Of a stretch of 32,000 bases of DNA, positions 9,165 to 17,985 are shown piece by piece (within the stretch, counting starts at the first letter, position 1; each line of letters begins with the position of its first letter). The DNA lies in the NCBI GenBank assembly GCA_903876665.1, contig CAIRAY010000133.1:7742-39741 (forward strand), in the 5' to 3' direction. The stretch is from an uncultured Fibrobacterota bacterium. Its GTDB lineage: Bacteria > Fibrobacterota > Fibrobacteria > Fibrobacterales > Fibrobacteraceae. The position numbers were made by a program, and so were the translations under genes. The notes beneath the pieces were generated by a model. The model made no database searches. It worked only from the letters and a program-made list of their open reading frames with translations, and had not been told where the DNA came from.

Positions 9165-10030
9165 GAAAGTACCTCGTTAGAAGGGTGTGGTTGTGGAGCT
9201 TGATAGTAAAAACTTTTGCCATGGGTCCTTTGCAGAAACTCTACATTGGTGCCGTACATGCTCTCGGATGATCCCAGAAACAGCATTCCTGCGGGCTCAA
9301 GGATTTTGCGAAGTTGTAGAAGAACGGCGGTCTTCTGCTCGGGAGAAAAATAGATGATCATGTTGCGACAAAAAATGATATCGAACCTTCCCATTTCCAT
9401 GATGGGTCGGGAAAGGTTTACATGCTGAAATGTAACTCGCTTGCGCAGGGATTCCGCAAGGGTCCATTGGTCACCATTTTTGGAAAAATAGCGTTCCCGA
9501 TCTTCGATGGGGAGGTTATGGCCAATCTCCATATCGGTATAACGACCTTGCCGGGCCCGTTCCAATGCGCGGGTAGAAATGTCAATACCGGTAATGGAAA
9601 AATCCTCTGCGGTCCATTCCGGATTCGAGGATTGCCAGTTACTGATGCTCATCGCAAGGGTGTATGGTTCTTGTCCATAACTACACCCAGCGGATAAAAT
9701 TCGAATGCAAGGGGACTTGTGTGTTCTTTTCGCAACCTTTTGCAAGGCCAATGCAGGCAGGATTTGTTCAACCAGGGTCTGAAAATGGAAGGGGTCCCGG
9801 TAAAATCCGCTTTCATGAGTCGTCATAGCCTCAATGGTGGAGCGGATCAGGGATTCCCGGCCTCCGGTGAGCAAGACTAAGAAATCAGAGAAGGAGCCAC
9901 AGCCTTCTTTTTGCAGGAGTTCTCCGAGTCGGGTGGAGAATAAATATTGCTTGGCCTCGGGCACGTCGATACCCGTTTCGCGCAGGAGGAATTTGCGTAG
10001 CAGTTGGAATTCATTTTCGGAGAGTTGCAT
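9152..10030 (-). CDS. cheR: CheR-family chemoreceptor protein-glutamate methyltransferase
   Basis: TTHESGFYRDPFHFQTLVEQILP...IRILSAGCSYGQEPYTLAM...ITGIDISTRALERARQGRYT...FDIIFCRNMIIYFSPEQKTAVLLQLRKILEPAGMLFLGSSESM. Start overlaps the cheB stop (TAATG). Confidence 0.93.
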   Translation of the reverse strand: MQLSENEFQLLRKFLLRETGIDVPEAKQYLFSTRLGELLQKEGCGSFSDFLVLLTGGRESLIRSTIEAMTTHESGFYRDPFHFQTLVEQILPALALQKVAKRTHKSPCIRILSAGCSYGQEPYTLAMSISNWQSSNPEWTAEDFSITGIDISTRALERARQGRYTDMEIGHNLPIEDRERYFSKNGDQWTLAESLRKRVTFQHVNLSRPIMEMGRFDIIFCRNMIIYFSPEQKTAVLLQLRKILEPAGMLFLGSSESMYGTNVEFLQRTHGKSFYYQAPQPHPSNEVLSWKF

Positions 10031-11079
10031 TAGCCACCTCCCACAAGTTCGTATATGCGATTTGCTATGTCACCTAATGGAACGATTTCATCGGCAATGC
10101 CTGCCCGCACAACGCTTCCGGGCATTCCCCAAACCACGGAACTTTGTTCGTCTTGCACCATCACCGCGCCACCGGATTTTTTAATCTCGATTGCGCCATT
10201 AGTTCCATCGCTCCCCATGCCGGTGAGCACAATGGCCAGGGTCCGGCTCCCCAATACCGGGCATGCTGAACGGAACAGAACGTTGACCGAGGGTCTGCAG
10301 CCATTGTCAGGGGGAGCATCGTTGAGCACCAGGCGAGGCAAGTTTTCGGGGCTGCGCTCCAGTGTGCAATGACGGCCTCCCGGAGCCAGATAGACCCGTC
10401 CTGGCTGAAGAGGCTCACCGTCCTGCGCTTCGCTGACGCGAATGGGACATTTACGATCCAATGCTGCCGCCATGGCCCCGGTAAATTCTTTGGGCATGTG
10501 CAGGACAATCACAATGGGAATGCGGGTAGAAGGGTGGAGGCCTGAAAGTAGTGTTACCAAGGCTTCCGGGCCTCCTGTGGAAACCCCAATCAGAATGGCA
10601 TCAAATTTGGATTCGCCCTTCAGTCGTGGAACAGGTGCCGGGGCAATGTTTGCTTTGGGCCGACTGATTTGCGCCAAGCGGGAGTATTGTTTTATGGAGC
10701 AACAACGAATTTTGGAGAGCAAAAGATTGGATACGGTATGGCTGGTTTCCAACCCAGGGACAACATCAAATGCTCCCACAGCGAGGGCATCGACAATTCG
10801 CTTGGCCCCAGTCGGTTCTTTGCTTTCCGATATGAGGATGATTCCGGCGTGGGATGAAATCTTCCGCGCCTGCACGGTGAATTCCACCAAATCCTGGCGA
10901 TCTTCGAGGAGCACAATGTCAGGGGAAAGTGTGCGCACCAGGTCAAGCCCGGTTTTCATTTCCTTGGCGGTTCCCACGATTTCCATATCCTGGGTGGCCT
11001 GGACGATCCCTTGAACAGATGGACCTTCGGTTGCCGAATTTTTGCTTACGAAAATAATGCGAATTCGGTCCTGATTCAT
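10030..11079 (-). CDS. cheB: CheB-family methylesterase/deamidase with degenerate receiver domain
   Basis: Methylesterase domain: AILIGVSTGGPEALVTLLSGL, IVIVLHMPKEFTGAMA, VYLAPGGRHCTL, TLAIVLTGMGSDGTNGAIEIK. The N-terminal region is REC-sized but lacks canonical phosphorylation residues. Confidence 0.92.
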   Translation of the reverse strand: MNQDRIRIIFVSKNSATEGPSVQGIVQATQDMEIVGTAKEMKTGLDLVRTLSPDIVLLEDRQDLVEFTVQARKISSHAGIILISESKEPTGAKRIVDALAVGAFDVVPGLETSHTVSNLLLSKIRCCSIKQYSRLAQISRPKANIAPAPVPRLKGESKFDAILIGVSTGGPEALVTLLSGLHPSTRIPIVIVLHMPKEFTGAMAAALDRKCPIRVSEAQDGEPLQPGRVYLAPGGRHCTLERSPENLPRLVLNDAPPDNGCRPSVNVLFRSACPVLGSRTLAIVLTGMGSDGTNGAIEIKKSGGAVMVQDEQSSVVWGMPGSVVRAGIADEIVPLGDIANRIYELVGGG

Positions 11080-11561
11080 GCAGTTGCTCCGAGGATTGCG
11101 CCAGCATTGAGGATTACTAGCGGGAGAGGGTCCAATCGAACCACACCTTCGACATAAGAACGGTATTGGGCCAATAGGTGAGAGGGGGCATCCTCAATAC
11201 GGGAAGGCTCAACCGTCACAATGTCCCCTACGGAACCCACAAGGAATCCGACGGGAATCGAACCCAAATAATCGAGGTCGAAATTTGGAGTATAGTCGGA
11301 AACAGCTTCGATCTCACTTGTGGTTTTGAGAATGATGATTTGGGAGTCGTCGGTGATCTGTTGTTCGGAGCCTCCCAGGCTTACCCGGAGGTCTAGTACC
11401 ACCACGACCTGGCCGCGAATGTTGACAACCCCGCTCACATCCCCGACTTTCAATGGCACGGGAGTAATGTGGACCGCAGGGGTAATTTCTTTTACTAGGC
11501 GGATGTCGAATCCGAAGAGTCCACCGGGTACTTGAAAAGAGACGAATTGTTGATGTTTCAT
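11076..11561 (-). CDS. cheW: CheW-like coupling protein
   Basis: MKHQQFVSFQVPGGLFGFDIRLVKEITPAVHITPVP...VSGVVNIRGQVVVVLDLRVSLGG. True start likely ATG 11561 (ORF track extends to 11636). ATGA overlaps with both neighbours (11558-11561 and 11076-11079). Confidence 0.9.
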   Translation of the reverse strand: MKHQQFVSFQVPGGLFGFDIRLVKEITPAVHITPVPLKVGDVSGVVNIRGQVVVVLDLRVSLGGSEQQITDDSQIIILKTTSEIEAVSDYTPNFDLDYLGSIPVGFLVGSVGDIVTVEPSRIEDAPSHLLAQYRSYVEGVVRLDPLPLVILNAGAILGATA

Positions 11562-14500
11562 GGTGAAAATTCCCGAACCCGCGCCAAAAGGGACTTCACA
11601 GCTTCGCCTAGCATAGGTAAGTTGCTTTTGGTACAAAAGTCGTCGAACCCTGCGTCCAGGGTGCGTGGCCGCATGATTTTTTCGTCCATGGCTGAAATCC
11701 CTAATAGCGGAATATGACTGAAGGCTTCGCTGGATTTAAGGTGCCGCGCCAAATCGAGCCCGTCCATGACTGGCATTTCAATGTCGCTGACCACGCAACT
11801 CACTTCGGTGTTGCGAATGATCTCCAGTGCCTCTTTGCCATTGTTTGCCGTGAGAACCTCGAGGCCGATTCCCCGCAGGTAGGATGTGACAAGGGCCCGA
11901 TAGAGGAAAGAGTCCTCAGCAAGAATGATTCGATTCGCTGCGGCATTGGGCATGTCCAACGAAGACATCCAGCCAGGTTCCACGATTTCAACCAGGGCGC
12001 AAAGGTCCAAAAGGGTAGTCGCGAACCCATTCACAATCTGAGAACCAATGATGGCAGCCTGGTCCGTGGAATGGATCAAATTGGCGTTTTCGACTTCCAC
12101 GATGCCAATGATACTGGAAGCCGCGATCCCCACAGGCTGGCCGATTTTGGGGATAATGACATGCAGGAATTCGTGGTCGTAGAGGGAGGATATGCCCGTG
12201 ATGGCTTGTTCGATGCGAACAAGGGGAATCAGGGAATTTCTGAAGCAAAGGAACTCACGCCCTCGAGCAATTTGGATTTCCTGAATCCGGATCTCATCTA
12301 CCCGCATCAGCAAGCTCAAGGGCACGGCAAATCGTTCTACTCCGTTAGTAAACACCAACATCTTTTGCTGTTCATCCTGGTTGGCAAGGACTTTGGTAGT
12401 CTGGGTTTCGGTCTTTTCGCAGCGGATTCCCCCGGTGCGGGCCAGCTCGGAAACATCTAGAATGAAGGAGGTGGTGCCATCTCCCAGAACCGTTACGCCC
12501 GCATATACCTTGCTCGCCTTGAGCTTGTCATGCAGAGGTTTGACAACGATTTCCTCTGTATCCACAATTCGCTCCACGCATAGGCCAAAGGTGTCGCTTC
12601 CGACGCGCAGCACGATGATGTAGAGGGCATTTTCCAATGCCACCCGCCGATCACGGATTTCTGCCCGCTTCCCGGTGTCGAATTCGCCTCCTTTTTGTCG
12701 GCGATCGGGAGCTTCCTCGCGACGATCCGCCACAATATCTCCGGAAATCGGATCAACGTAGGAGCGAGGGATGTTGAGAACCTTGGAAAGCCGGATAAGG
12801 GGAAGCATGTTTCCCCGGAGCCAATAGACTTCGCTCTCATCGATTTTCTGGATGCATTGGTATACCTCGTCTCCATGCAACCACACCACTTCGATGACAT
12901 TCACCTGGGGAACGGCAAAACACTGTTCCTCTACGGCGAGGATGATGGCTGGAATAATGGCAAGGGTCAGAGGGAGCTGAATGGATATGGTAGATCCGAA
13001 CCCGACCACGGAGGTGATTTCGACGATTCCACCCAATTTTTGTAAGGAGGCCCGGACCACATCCATCCCCACGCCACGTCCTGAAACTTCGGTGATCTGT
13101 TTTGCGGTGGAAAACCCGGGCAGGAATATGAGATTGAGGGCTTCGCGGTCCGAGAGGTCTTCCACCTGGGTTGGGGTCATTAAGCCTTTTTCAACTACGG
13201 CGGCCCGGATTTTTTTGGGATCGATTCCTTTCCCATCATCGGAAACCTGGATATTGACCAAGCCTGCTTGATGCTGGGCTACGAGCGAGATATGACCGAC
13301 AGCGGATTTACCACCCACTCTTCGCTCTTCGGGGGATTCGATTCCGTGATCTACCGCATTACGCACAAGATGCATCAAGGGCTCAACCATGCCATCGACG
13401 ATGCTTTTGTCCAGTTCCACATCGGATCCGCTGATGGTCAGTTCCATCTCTTTGCCCAGGCTGCGACTCAGGTCCCGAATCACCCGGGTAAACCGTCCAA
13501 ATACGCTTCCGATTGCCTGCATGCGGGTTCGCATGACGATGCGCTGGATGTCGGAGGTCACCACATTGAGGCGTTGGTTTACTGCAGAAATTTCGCGGGT
13601 ATTTCCGCTTGACTGCAACTGGGCCGAGCGGTTGCGGACCACAACCAGCTCCCCAGCAAGGTTCATGAGTTTGTCTGCAATTTCCACCGAAATGCGGACG
13701 GTTTGTTCCTGGGAGCGCGAGGCGGGCACCTGCTCCCGGGAAGTTGCAGGGACGGGTGGTTGTGGATTCGCCGTGACTTGGACTTTGGGTACTTCGATGG
13801 GTGGAGGCGCGCTTTCCGCCGGAGCGGGAAATTCTTCCGGCGTGTAATGAACAAAGGACAGCGGCTCGATTTGCAGCCCAGGAAACAGAAGGTCGGGATC
13901 ATCGATCATGGTGGCGAGAAGAAATGAGCAATCGGAAAAGGAAGGGGGAGCTGCAGTGAATGCGCTTGCTTCGGGTTTTGAATCCAGCAGGATTCCGAGG
14001 GATCCAATGGATTCATAGAGTGCAACAGGAGTGGCGGAGCTGCGGGAACATTCCTTATGGGGGTCTAGCAGGATTTCAAAAATATGCAAGCCTTGACTCT
14101 TGGCTTCGCTGGTGTCGTATTTTCGCAAATCAAAAATGGTGGCCGGCACCGCTTTGACGGGATTGGATTGGGGTGATGCGGACTGGGTGGGCTGTTGCGC
14201 AATCCTTTGCAGGTGCTGGAGGATTTGATCCACATCTCCAAGAACGCCCTTTCCGGATAAAATTCCACTTTTTAGCTTGTCCATTCCCTCAAGCAAAGTC
14301 TGGGTGATTTCGGAATTGGGCAAAAGGGTACCGTCTCGGAGCAGACCAGCTACGCTCTCCATGGCGTGGGCGAATTCCTTGACACGGTCGAAGTCCACGC
14401 AGGCTGCACCCCCCTTGATGGTGTGCAGAGCTCGGAACAGGCGGTTCACGGTCTCCTTGTCTTCCCCTGCGCCTTCTTCCAGGGCAAGGATATCCTCCTC

Positions 14501-14563
14501 GGCAGTCACCAGGTGTTCCTGTGCCTCGGTGATAAATTCCTTGATTAAATTGGCGAGATTCAT
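11558..14563 (-). CDS. cheA: CheA hybrid histidine kinase: Hpt - dimerisation/HATPase - two CheW-like domains - C-terminal REC
   Basis: Hpt: LFRALHTIKGGAACV. Kinase: LVVVRNRSAQLQ, MEPLMHLVRNAVDHGIESPEER, DDGKGIDP, GRGVGMDVVR. First CheW-like domain ends ...FILDVSELART; a second follows (MLVFTNGVERFAVPLSLLMRVDEI). REC: RIILAEDSFLYRALVTSYL...SCVVSDIEMPVMDGLDLARHL. Confidence 0.93.
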   Translation of the reverse strand: MNLANLIKEFITEAQEHLVTAEEDILALEEGAGEDKETVNRLFRALHTIKGGAACVDFDRVKEFAHAMESVAGLLRDGTLLPNSEITQTLLEGMDKLKSGILSGKGVLGDVDQILQHLQRIAQQPTQSASPQSNPVKAVPATIFDLRKYDTSEAKSQGLHIFEILLDPHKECSRSSATPVALYESIGSLGILLDSKPEASAFTAAPPSFSDCSFLLATMIDDPDLLFPGLQIEPLSFVHYTPEEFPAPAESAPPPIEVPKVQVTANPQPPVPATSREQVPASRSQEQTVRISVEIADKLMNLAGELVVVRNRSAQLQSSGNTREISAVNQRLNVVTSDIQRIVMRTRMQAIGSVFGRFTRVIRDLSRSLGKEMELTISGSDVELDKSIVDGMVEPLMHLVRNAVDHGIESPEERRVGGKSAVGHISLVAQHQAGLVNIQVSDDGKGIDPKKIRAAVVEKGLMTPTQVEDLSDREALNLIFLPGFSTAKQITEVSGRGVGMDVVRASLQKLGGIVEITSVVGFGSTISIQLPLTLAIIPAIILAVEEQCFAVPQVNVIEVVWLHGDEVYQCIQKIDESEVYWLRGNMLPLIRLSKVLNIPRSYVDPISGDIVADRREEAPDRRQKGGEFDTGKRAEIRDRRVALENALYIIVLRVGSDTFGLCVERIVDTEEIVVKPLHDKLKASKVYAGVTVLGDGTTSFILDVSELARTGGIRCEKTETQTTKVLANQDEQQKMLVFTNGVERFAVPLSLLMRVDEIRIQEIQIARGREFLCFRNSLIPLVRIEQAITGISSLYDHEFLHVIIPKIGQPVGIAASSIIGIVEVENANLIHSTDQAAIIGSQIVNGFATTLLDLCALVEIVEPGWMSSLDMPNAAANRIILAEDSFLYRALVTSYLRGIGLEVLTANNGKEALEIIRNTEVSCVVSDIEMPVMDGLDLARHLKSSEAFSHIPLLGISAMDEKIMRPRTLDAGFDDFCTKSNLPMLGEAVKSLLARVREFSP

Positions 14564-14580
14564 TCCTTCTCCGCCAAGAT

Positions 14581-16515
14581 TCAGGCAATAATTTTTAGGA
14601 CATCATTCAGCTTCTCGACATCGCTGGAGACCTGGTTAAGCGAGTTGAACATGTCTTGTATGTCTTCCGTGAAGGTCATGGCGGCGGTTTTGGATTGGTG
14701 CATGATTTCGGCTGTAGTCTCCGCCATGGAAAGGGTGCCGGAAATTCTTTCGTTCACATCCCCAATGGCCATTGCCGTACCTGCAATATTTTTCGCAACC
14801 ACATTGGCGCCTTGGGCGATTTCGTTGATGTTGTGCGAAACCTGCTTGGAGGCGTGGGCGGTTTCGGCAATCTGCCGAGCGATGGCACCTGAGCCGGTAG
14901 AGGCTTCGGAGATGTTGCTCGAAATATAGTTGGTGGCCAAGGTTTGTTTCTCCACCATATCCGAAATGACTTTCTGCAGGTGGTTGATGGTATCAATGAT
15001 GGACGAAATCAAGGCAATGGCGGAAACAGCCTTTTGAGTGTCGCCCTGAATTTTTTCGATCCGGGCCGTAATGTCTTCGGTCGCGGTTGCCGTTTGTTTG
15101 GCCAGCTCCTTCACTTCGTTTGCCACCACGGCGAAACCTCGGCCTGCGTCGCCGGCACTTGCCGCTTCGATGGCCGCGTTGAGGGCAAGCAGATTGGTTT
15201 GCTTGGCGATGACCTGGATTACGCTGGTCACTTTGCCGATTTCGTTGGCGCTTTTGCCGAGCATGCCCATGATTTCAGAAGTTTCCTTGGCTGCTACGGA
15301 AGCATTCCCTGCCACGGTGGTGCCTTCACGGGCATTTTGGGCTACGCTGTTGATTGCAGTCGAGAGGTCTTTTACTGCATTGTCCACAATGCGGAAATTG
15401 CTGGACATTTGTTCGGCGGTGGCGGCCACGGAAATCATGGTGGTGCTAATTTCTTCCGAGGTGCTCGCCACGGTATTGATGTTGGTAGAAATCTCTTCCG
15501 CTGCTGTAGCCACGGTGGAGATGGAGGAAGCCATTTTCTCGGAAGATGCCGTTAGGTCCTTGGTATAGTCCTCAAGAATTTTAATGGCCTCAATGCCGGA
15601 GCTAGTCTGAACATCATTTTCCAGAATGGTGTTTGCCATCTTTTCGGCTAAGGATTTCTGCTTGTCTGTCGAGGATCCAATGGCCTTGGCGCAGGTGGCG
15701 ATTTGTTGTTGCGTTTTGTCAATAAGCTGATTGAAAGCCACAAACAGTTCCCCTAACTCGTCTTGCGAGGTGACGGCAAGGTGCTTGGTTCCCGTTTCGC
15801 CATTGTTTTGGGTCACCAGGTTTTGTACATGGAGAATTGACTTTCGCAGAGGAACGGTGATGCTGATTCCAATGCGGTAGGAGAGAGCGAGGAGTCCGAG
15901 CAGGACCAGTATTCCAAAGCCAATTAGGCCCCGCAGAAAGTTTGCGATCATCTGGTTTGCGCTGGCTTCGGAAGCCTGATTGAGCTGGTTGGCCTGGATG
16001 ACGACCTGGTCAATGGCCGCCCGGTGGGCCTTGTATTGTGGCTTCAAAGACTTTTGCAAAACTTCCTGTGCCTGGGGGTAGTTCTTGGCTGCCAGAGCAG
16101 GTAGGAATTCCCTTTTCACGACAGCATAAAACTCCATGGCCGGTTCATAGGCCTTGTCCGTCATGGTCTCTTTTAATTGCCCATCTGGCAAGGCCCGTTG
16201 CCAAAACTTATTGCGGGTTTTGTATTCGGATTCCAGGCCTTGAAGTTTGTCCTTGAGGGCCTGGGATTCACGCGGATCCCGTTCATCCGCCAGCTGTTCG
16301 ACGGTCAGGTAGGACTCGATGATATATTCTGGTGGAGGGAGGATGTCGGCAATTAGGTCTTTTCCATTGACGATTTGTTGGTAAAGATCGCCGTTGATAC
16401 GCAGGGTCATGATTGTTTTGTAGGAGGCAAGGCCGAAAATGAGCAGTGCCGCCAGAGAAAAGGCCACAATTGCAGAAATTTTCCGGGTAATGCTTAAGCG
16501 GTTGAGAATAGCCAT
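14581..16515 (-). CDS. Methyl-accepting chemotaxis protein (two TMs, small periplasmic helical sensor, HAMP, signalling hairpin)
   Basis: [28 protein letters not shown]..., hairpin tip [41 protein letters not shown]. Likely ATG at 16515 (ORF track extends to 16584). Confidence 0.93.
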   Translation of the reverse strand: MAILNRLSITRKISAIVAFSLAALLIFGLASYKTIMTLRINGDLYQQIVNGKDLIADILPPPEYIIESYLTVEQLADERDPRESQALKDKLQGLESEYKTRNKFWQRALPDGQLKETMTDKAYEPAMEFYAVVKREFLPALAAKNYPQAQEVLQKSLKPQYKAHRAAIDQVVIQANQLNQASEASANQMIANFLRGLIGFGILVLLGLLALSYRIGISITVPLRKSILHVQNLVTQNNGETGTKHLAVTSQDELGELFVAFNQLIDKTQQQIATCAKAIGSSTDKQKSLAEKMANTILENDVQTSSGIEAIKILEDYTKDLTASSEKMASSISTVATAAEEISTNINTVASTSEEISTTMISVAATAEQMSSNFRIVDNAVKDLSTAINSVAQNAREGTTVAGNASVAAKETSEIMGMLGKSANEIGKVTSVIQVIAKQTNLLALNAAIEAASAGDAGRGFAVVANEVKELAKQTATATEDITARIEKIQGDTQKAVSAIALISSIIDTINHLQKVISDMVEKQTLATNYISSNISEASTGSGAIARQIAETAHASKQVSHNINEIAQGANVVAKNIAGTAMAIGDVNERISGTLSMAETTAEIMHQSKTAAMTFTEDIQDMFNSLNQVSSDVEKLNDVLKIIA

Positions 16516-16631
16516 GAGTGTTTCCTGTTTTCGGAATGATCTTTGAGGTGCGGGTATTCTACCACCAAAGCGGTTCAAAGTCAAGAGAATGGCCTGGGCG
16601 GGCTAGTAATACTGATGTTATCTTTGAAGGC

Positions 16632-17633
16632 ATGAAGAAAGTATCCCTCACTGGCATCAAACCTACCGGCACTCCCCATCTTGGAAATTACCTCGGCGCG
16701 ATCCGGCCGGCCCTAGAACTGGCCCAGACTTACCAGCCTTTTTACTTCATTGCCGATTACCACGCGCTGACTTTGACGGCGATGCATAATGCTCCCGCCC
16801 TTCGGGAGTCCATTTATCAGGTCGCCGCGACTTGGCTTGCCCTGGGTCTGAATCCTGAGGAAGCCTGCTTCTACAAGCAAAGCGATATTCCCGAAATTTT
16901 TGAATTGAATTGGATCTTGAGCTGCTTCACTCCCAAGGGCTTTATGAATCGCGCCCATTCCTACAAGGATAAGGTGGCCAAGAATGTCGCCGATGGTCTG
17001 GATTCCGATGAAAACATCAATATGGGTCTTTTTGGATACCCCTGTCTGATGGATGCAGATATTTTGATGTTCAAGTCCCATGTGATCCCAGTGGGCAAGG
17101 ACCAGAAGCAACATATCGAATTTGCCCGTGATGTGGCGCATCGTTTCAATAATCATTACGGCAAAGACCTGTTTGTTATTCCGGAACCCATGATCCGCGA
17201 AGAAACCGATGTGATCCCCGGACTCGATGGTCGAAAAATGAGCAAGTCCTACGGAAACACCATCGAAATTTTCCTGGAGCCCAAAGCCCTGAAAAAGAAG
17301 ATTGGGTCCATTGTCACCAATTCCCAAGGCGTAGAGGAACCCAAGGACCCAGACACATGCAATGTGTTCAAGCTCTTCAAATTATTCGCGACTGCCGACC
17401 AAAGCGCTGACCTTGCTGCCCGCTACCGTGCTGGTGGACTAGGGTGGGGGCACGCCAAGGCGGAGCTCCATGGAGTCTTGGAGTCCACGTTTTCCGAGGC
17501 CCGTGCCCGCTATAACGTCCTGATGGCCGATACCGCCCTAATCGACAAAATCCTCGCCTACGGAGCGGCCAAAGCACGCCCCGTCGCCAAGACGCTCATT
17601 GAGGAAATCCGCGAAACCATTGGAATTCCATAG
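16632..17633 (+). CDS. trpS: Tryptophanyl-tRNA synthetase
   Basis: MKKVSLTGIKPTGTPHLGNYLGAIRPAL...FIADYHALT..., KDQKQHIEFARDVAHRFN, DGRKMSKSYGNTIEIFL (KMSKS). ATG at 16632. Confidence 0.93.
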   Translation: MKKVSLTGIKPTGTPHLGNYLGAIRPALELAQTYQPFYFIADYHALTLTAMHNAPALRESIYQVAATWLALGLNPEEACFYKQSDIPEIFELNWILSCFTPKGFMNRAHSYKDKVAKNVADGLDSDENINMGLFGYPCLMDADILMFKSHVIPVGKDQKQHIEFARDVAHRFNNHYGKDLFVIPEPMIREETDVIPGLDGRKMSKSYGNTIEIFLEPKALKKKIGSIVTNSQGVEEPKDPDTCNVFKLFKLFATADQSADLAARYRAGGLGWGHAKAELHGVLESTFSEARARYNVLMADTALIDKILAYGAAKARPVAKTLIEEIRETIGIP

Positions 17634-17655
17634 GGGATGACCCTAGGAAAAACAA

Positions 17656-17690
17656 AAAAATAGCCCCGTTTTGGGGTTGTTTTTCTGCTT
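17656..17690. terminator. Intrinsic (possibly bidirectional) terminator downstream of trpS
   Basis: AAAAATAGCCCC (17656-17667) pairs with GGGGTTGTTTTT (17673-17684, including G-T wobbles) and is followed by a T-rich run. Confidence 0.75.
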
Positions 17691-17706
17691 TTGCATGCCC
17701 GCCTGT

Positions 17707-17816
17707 CTTTGTCATGCCCAATTGCTTTGTCATGCCCGGCAGGGGCATCACCGCACCATTCAGCAATACTCTGTGATATGAGCCTGCCCCCGGAACAGGG
17801 GGTGCCGGGCATGACA
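17707..17816. repeat. REP-like element: two direct copies of CTTTGTCATGCCC plus 14-bp perfect inverted repeat
   Basis: CTTTGTCATGCCC at 17707-17719 and 17725-17737. TGTCATGCCCGGCA (17728-17741) is inverted at 17803-17816 (TGCCGGGCATGACA), with internal CCCCC/GGGGG. Confidence 0.75.
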
Positions 17817-17985
17817 CATTTTATGCATCCCAATTTTCATATTTTGGGCCCCGTTTGCATTTTCAAGCATTTCCCCTGGGGCAAAAACCGATATCCTTGC
17901 AATCTTCGGGAAAATTGGGTATCTTGAGTGAAACGCTATTTTTAGCGGAAGTGATTCACTTTTCACAAGATAGGCGGTCTTTGCT

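Noticed and set aside
10442-11014. 190-aa plus-strand ORF
   Set aside because: Antisense to cheB, which has clear catalytic motifs; translation is not protein-like.
13389-13847. 152-aa plus-strand ORF
   Set aside because: Antisense shadow ORF of cheA.
14944-15568. Long plus-strand ORFs (203 aa and 165 aa) inside the MCP gene
   Set aside because: Antisense to a convincing MCP coding region; low-complexity translations reflect third-position bias, with no recognisable domain.
16713-17327. 204-aa minus-strand ORF
   Set aside because: Antisense to trpS; shadow ORF.
17707-17816. Possible CRISPR or transposon end
   Set aside because: Only two short direct copies with no regular spacers, and the inverted repeats are not flanking any transposase; a REP-like element fits better.
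17558-17966. Small minus-strand ORFs between trpS and the motor operon
   Set aside because: They overlap the trpS 3' end, terminator and REP-like inverted repeat, with no protein family resemblance.
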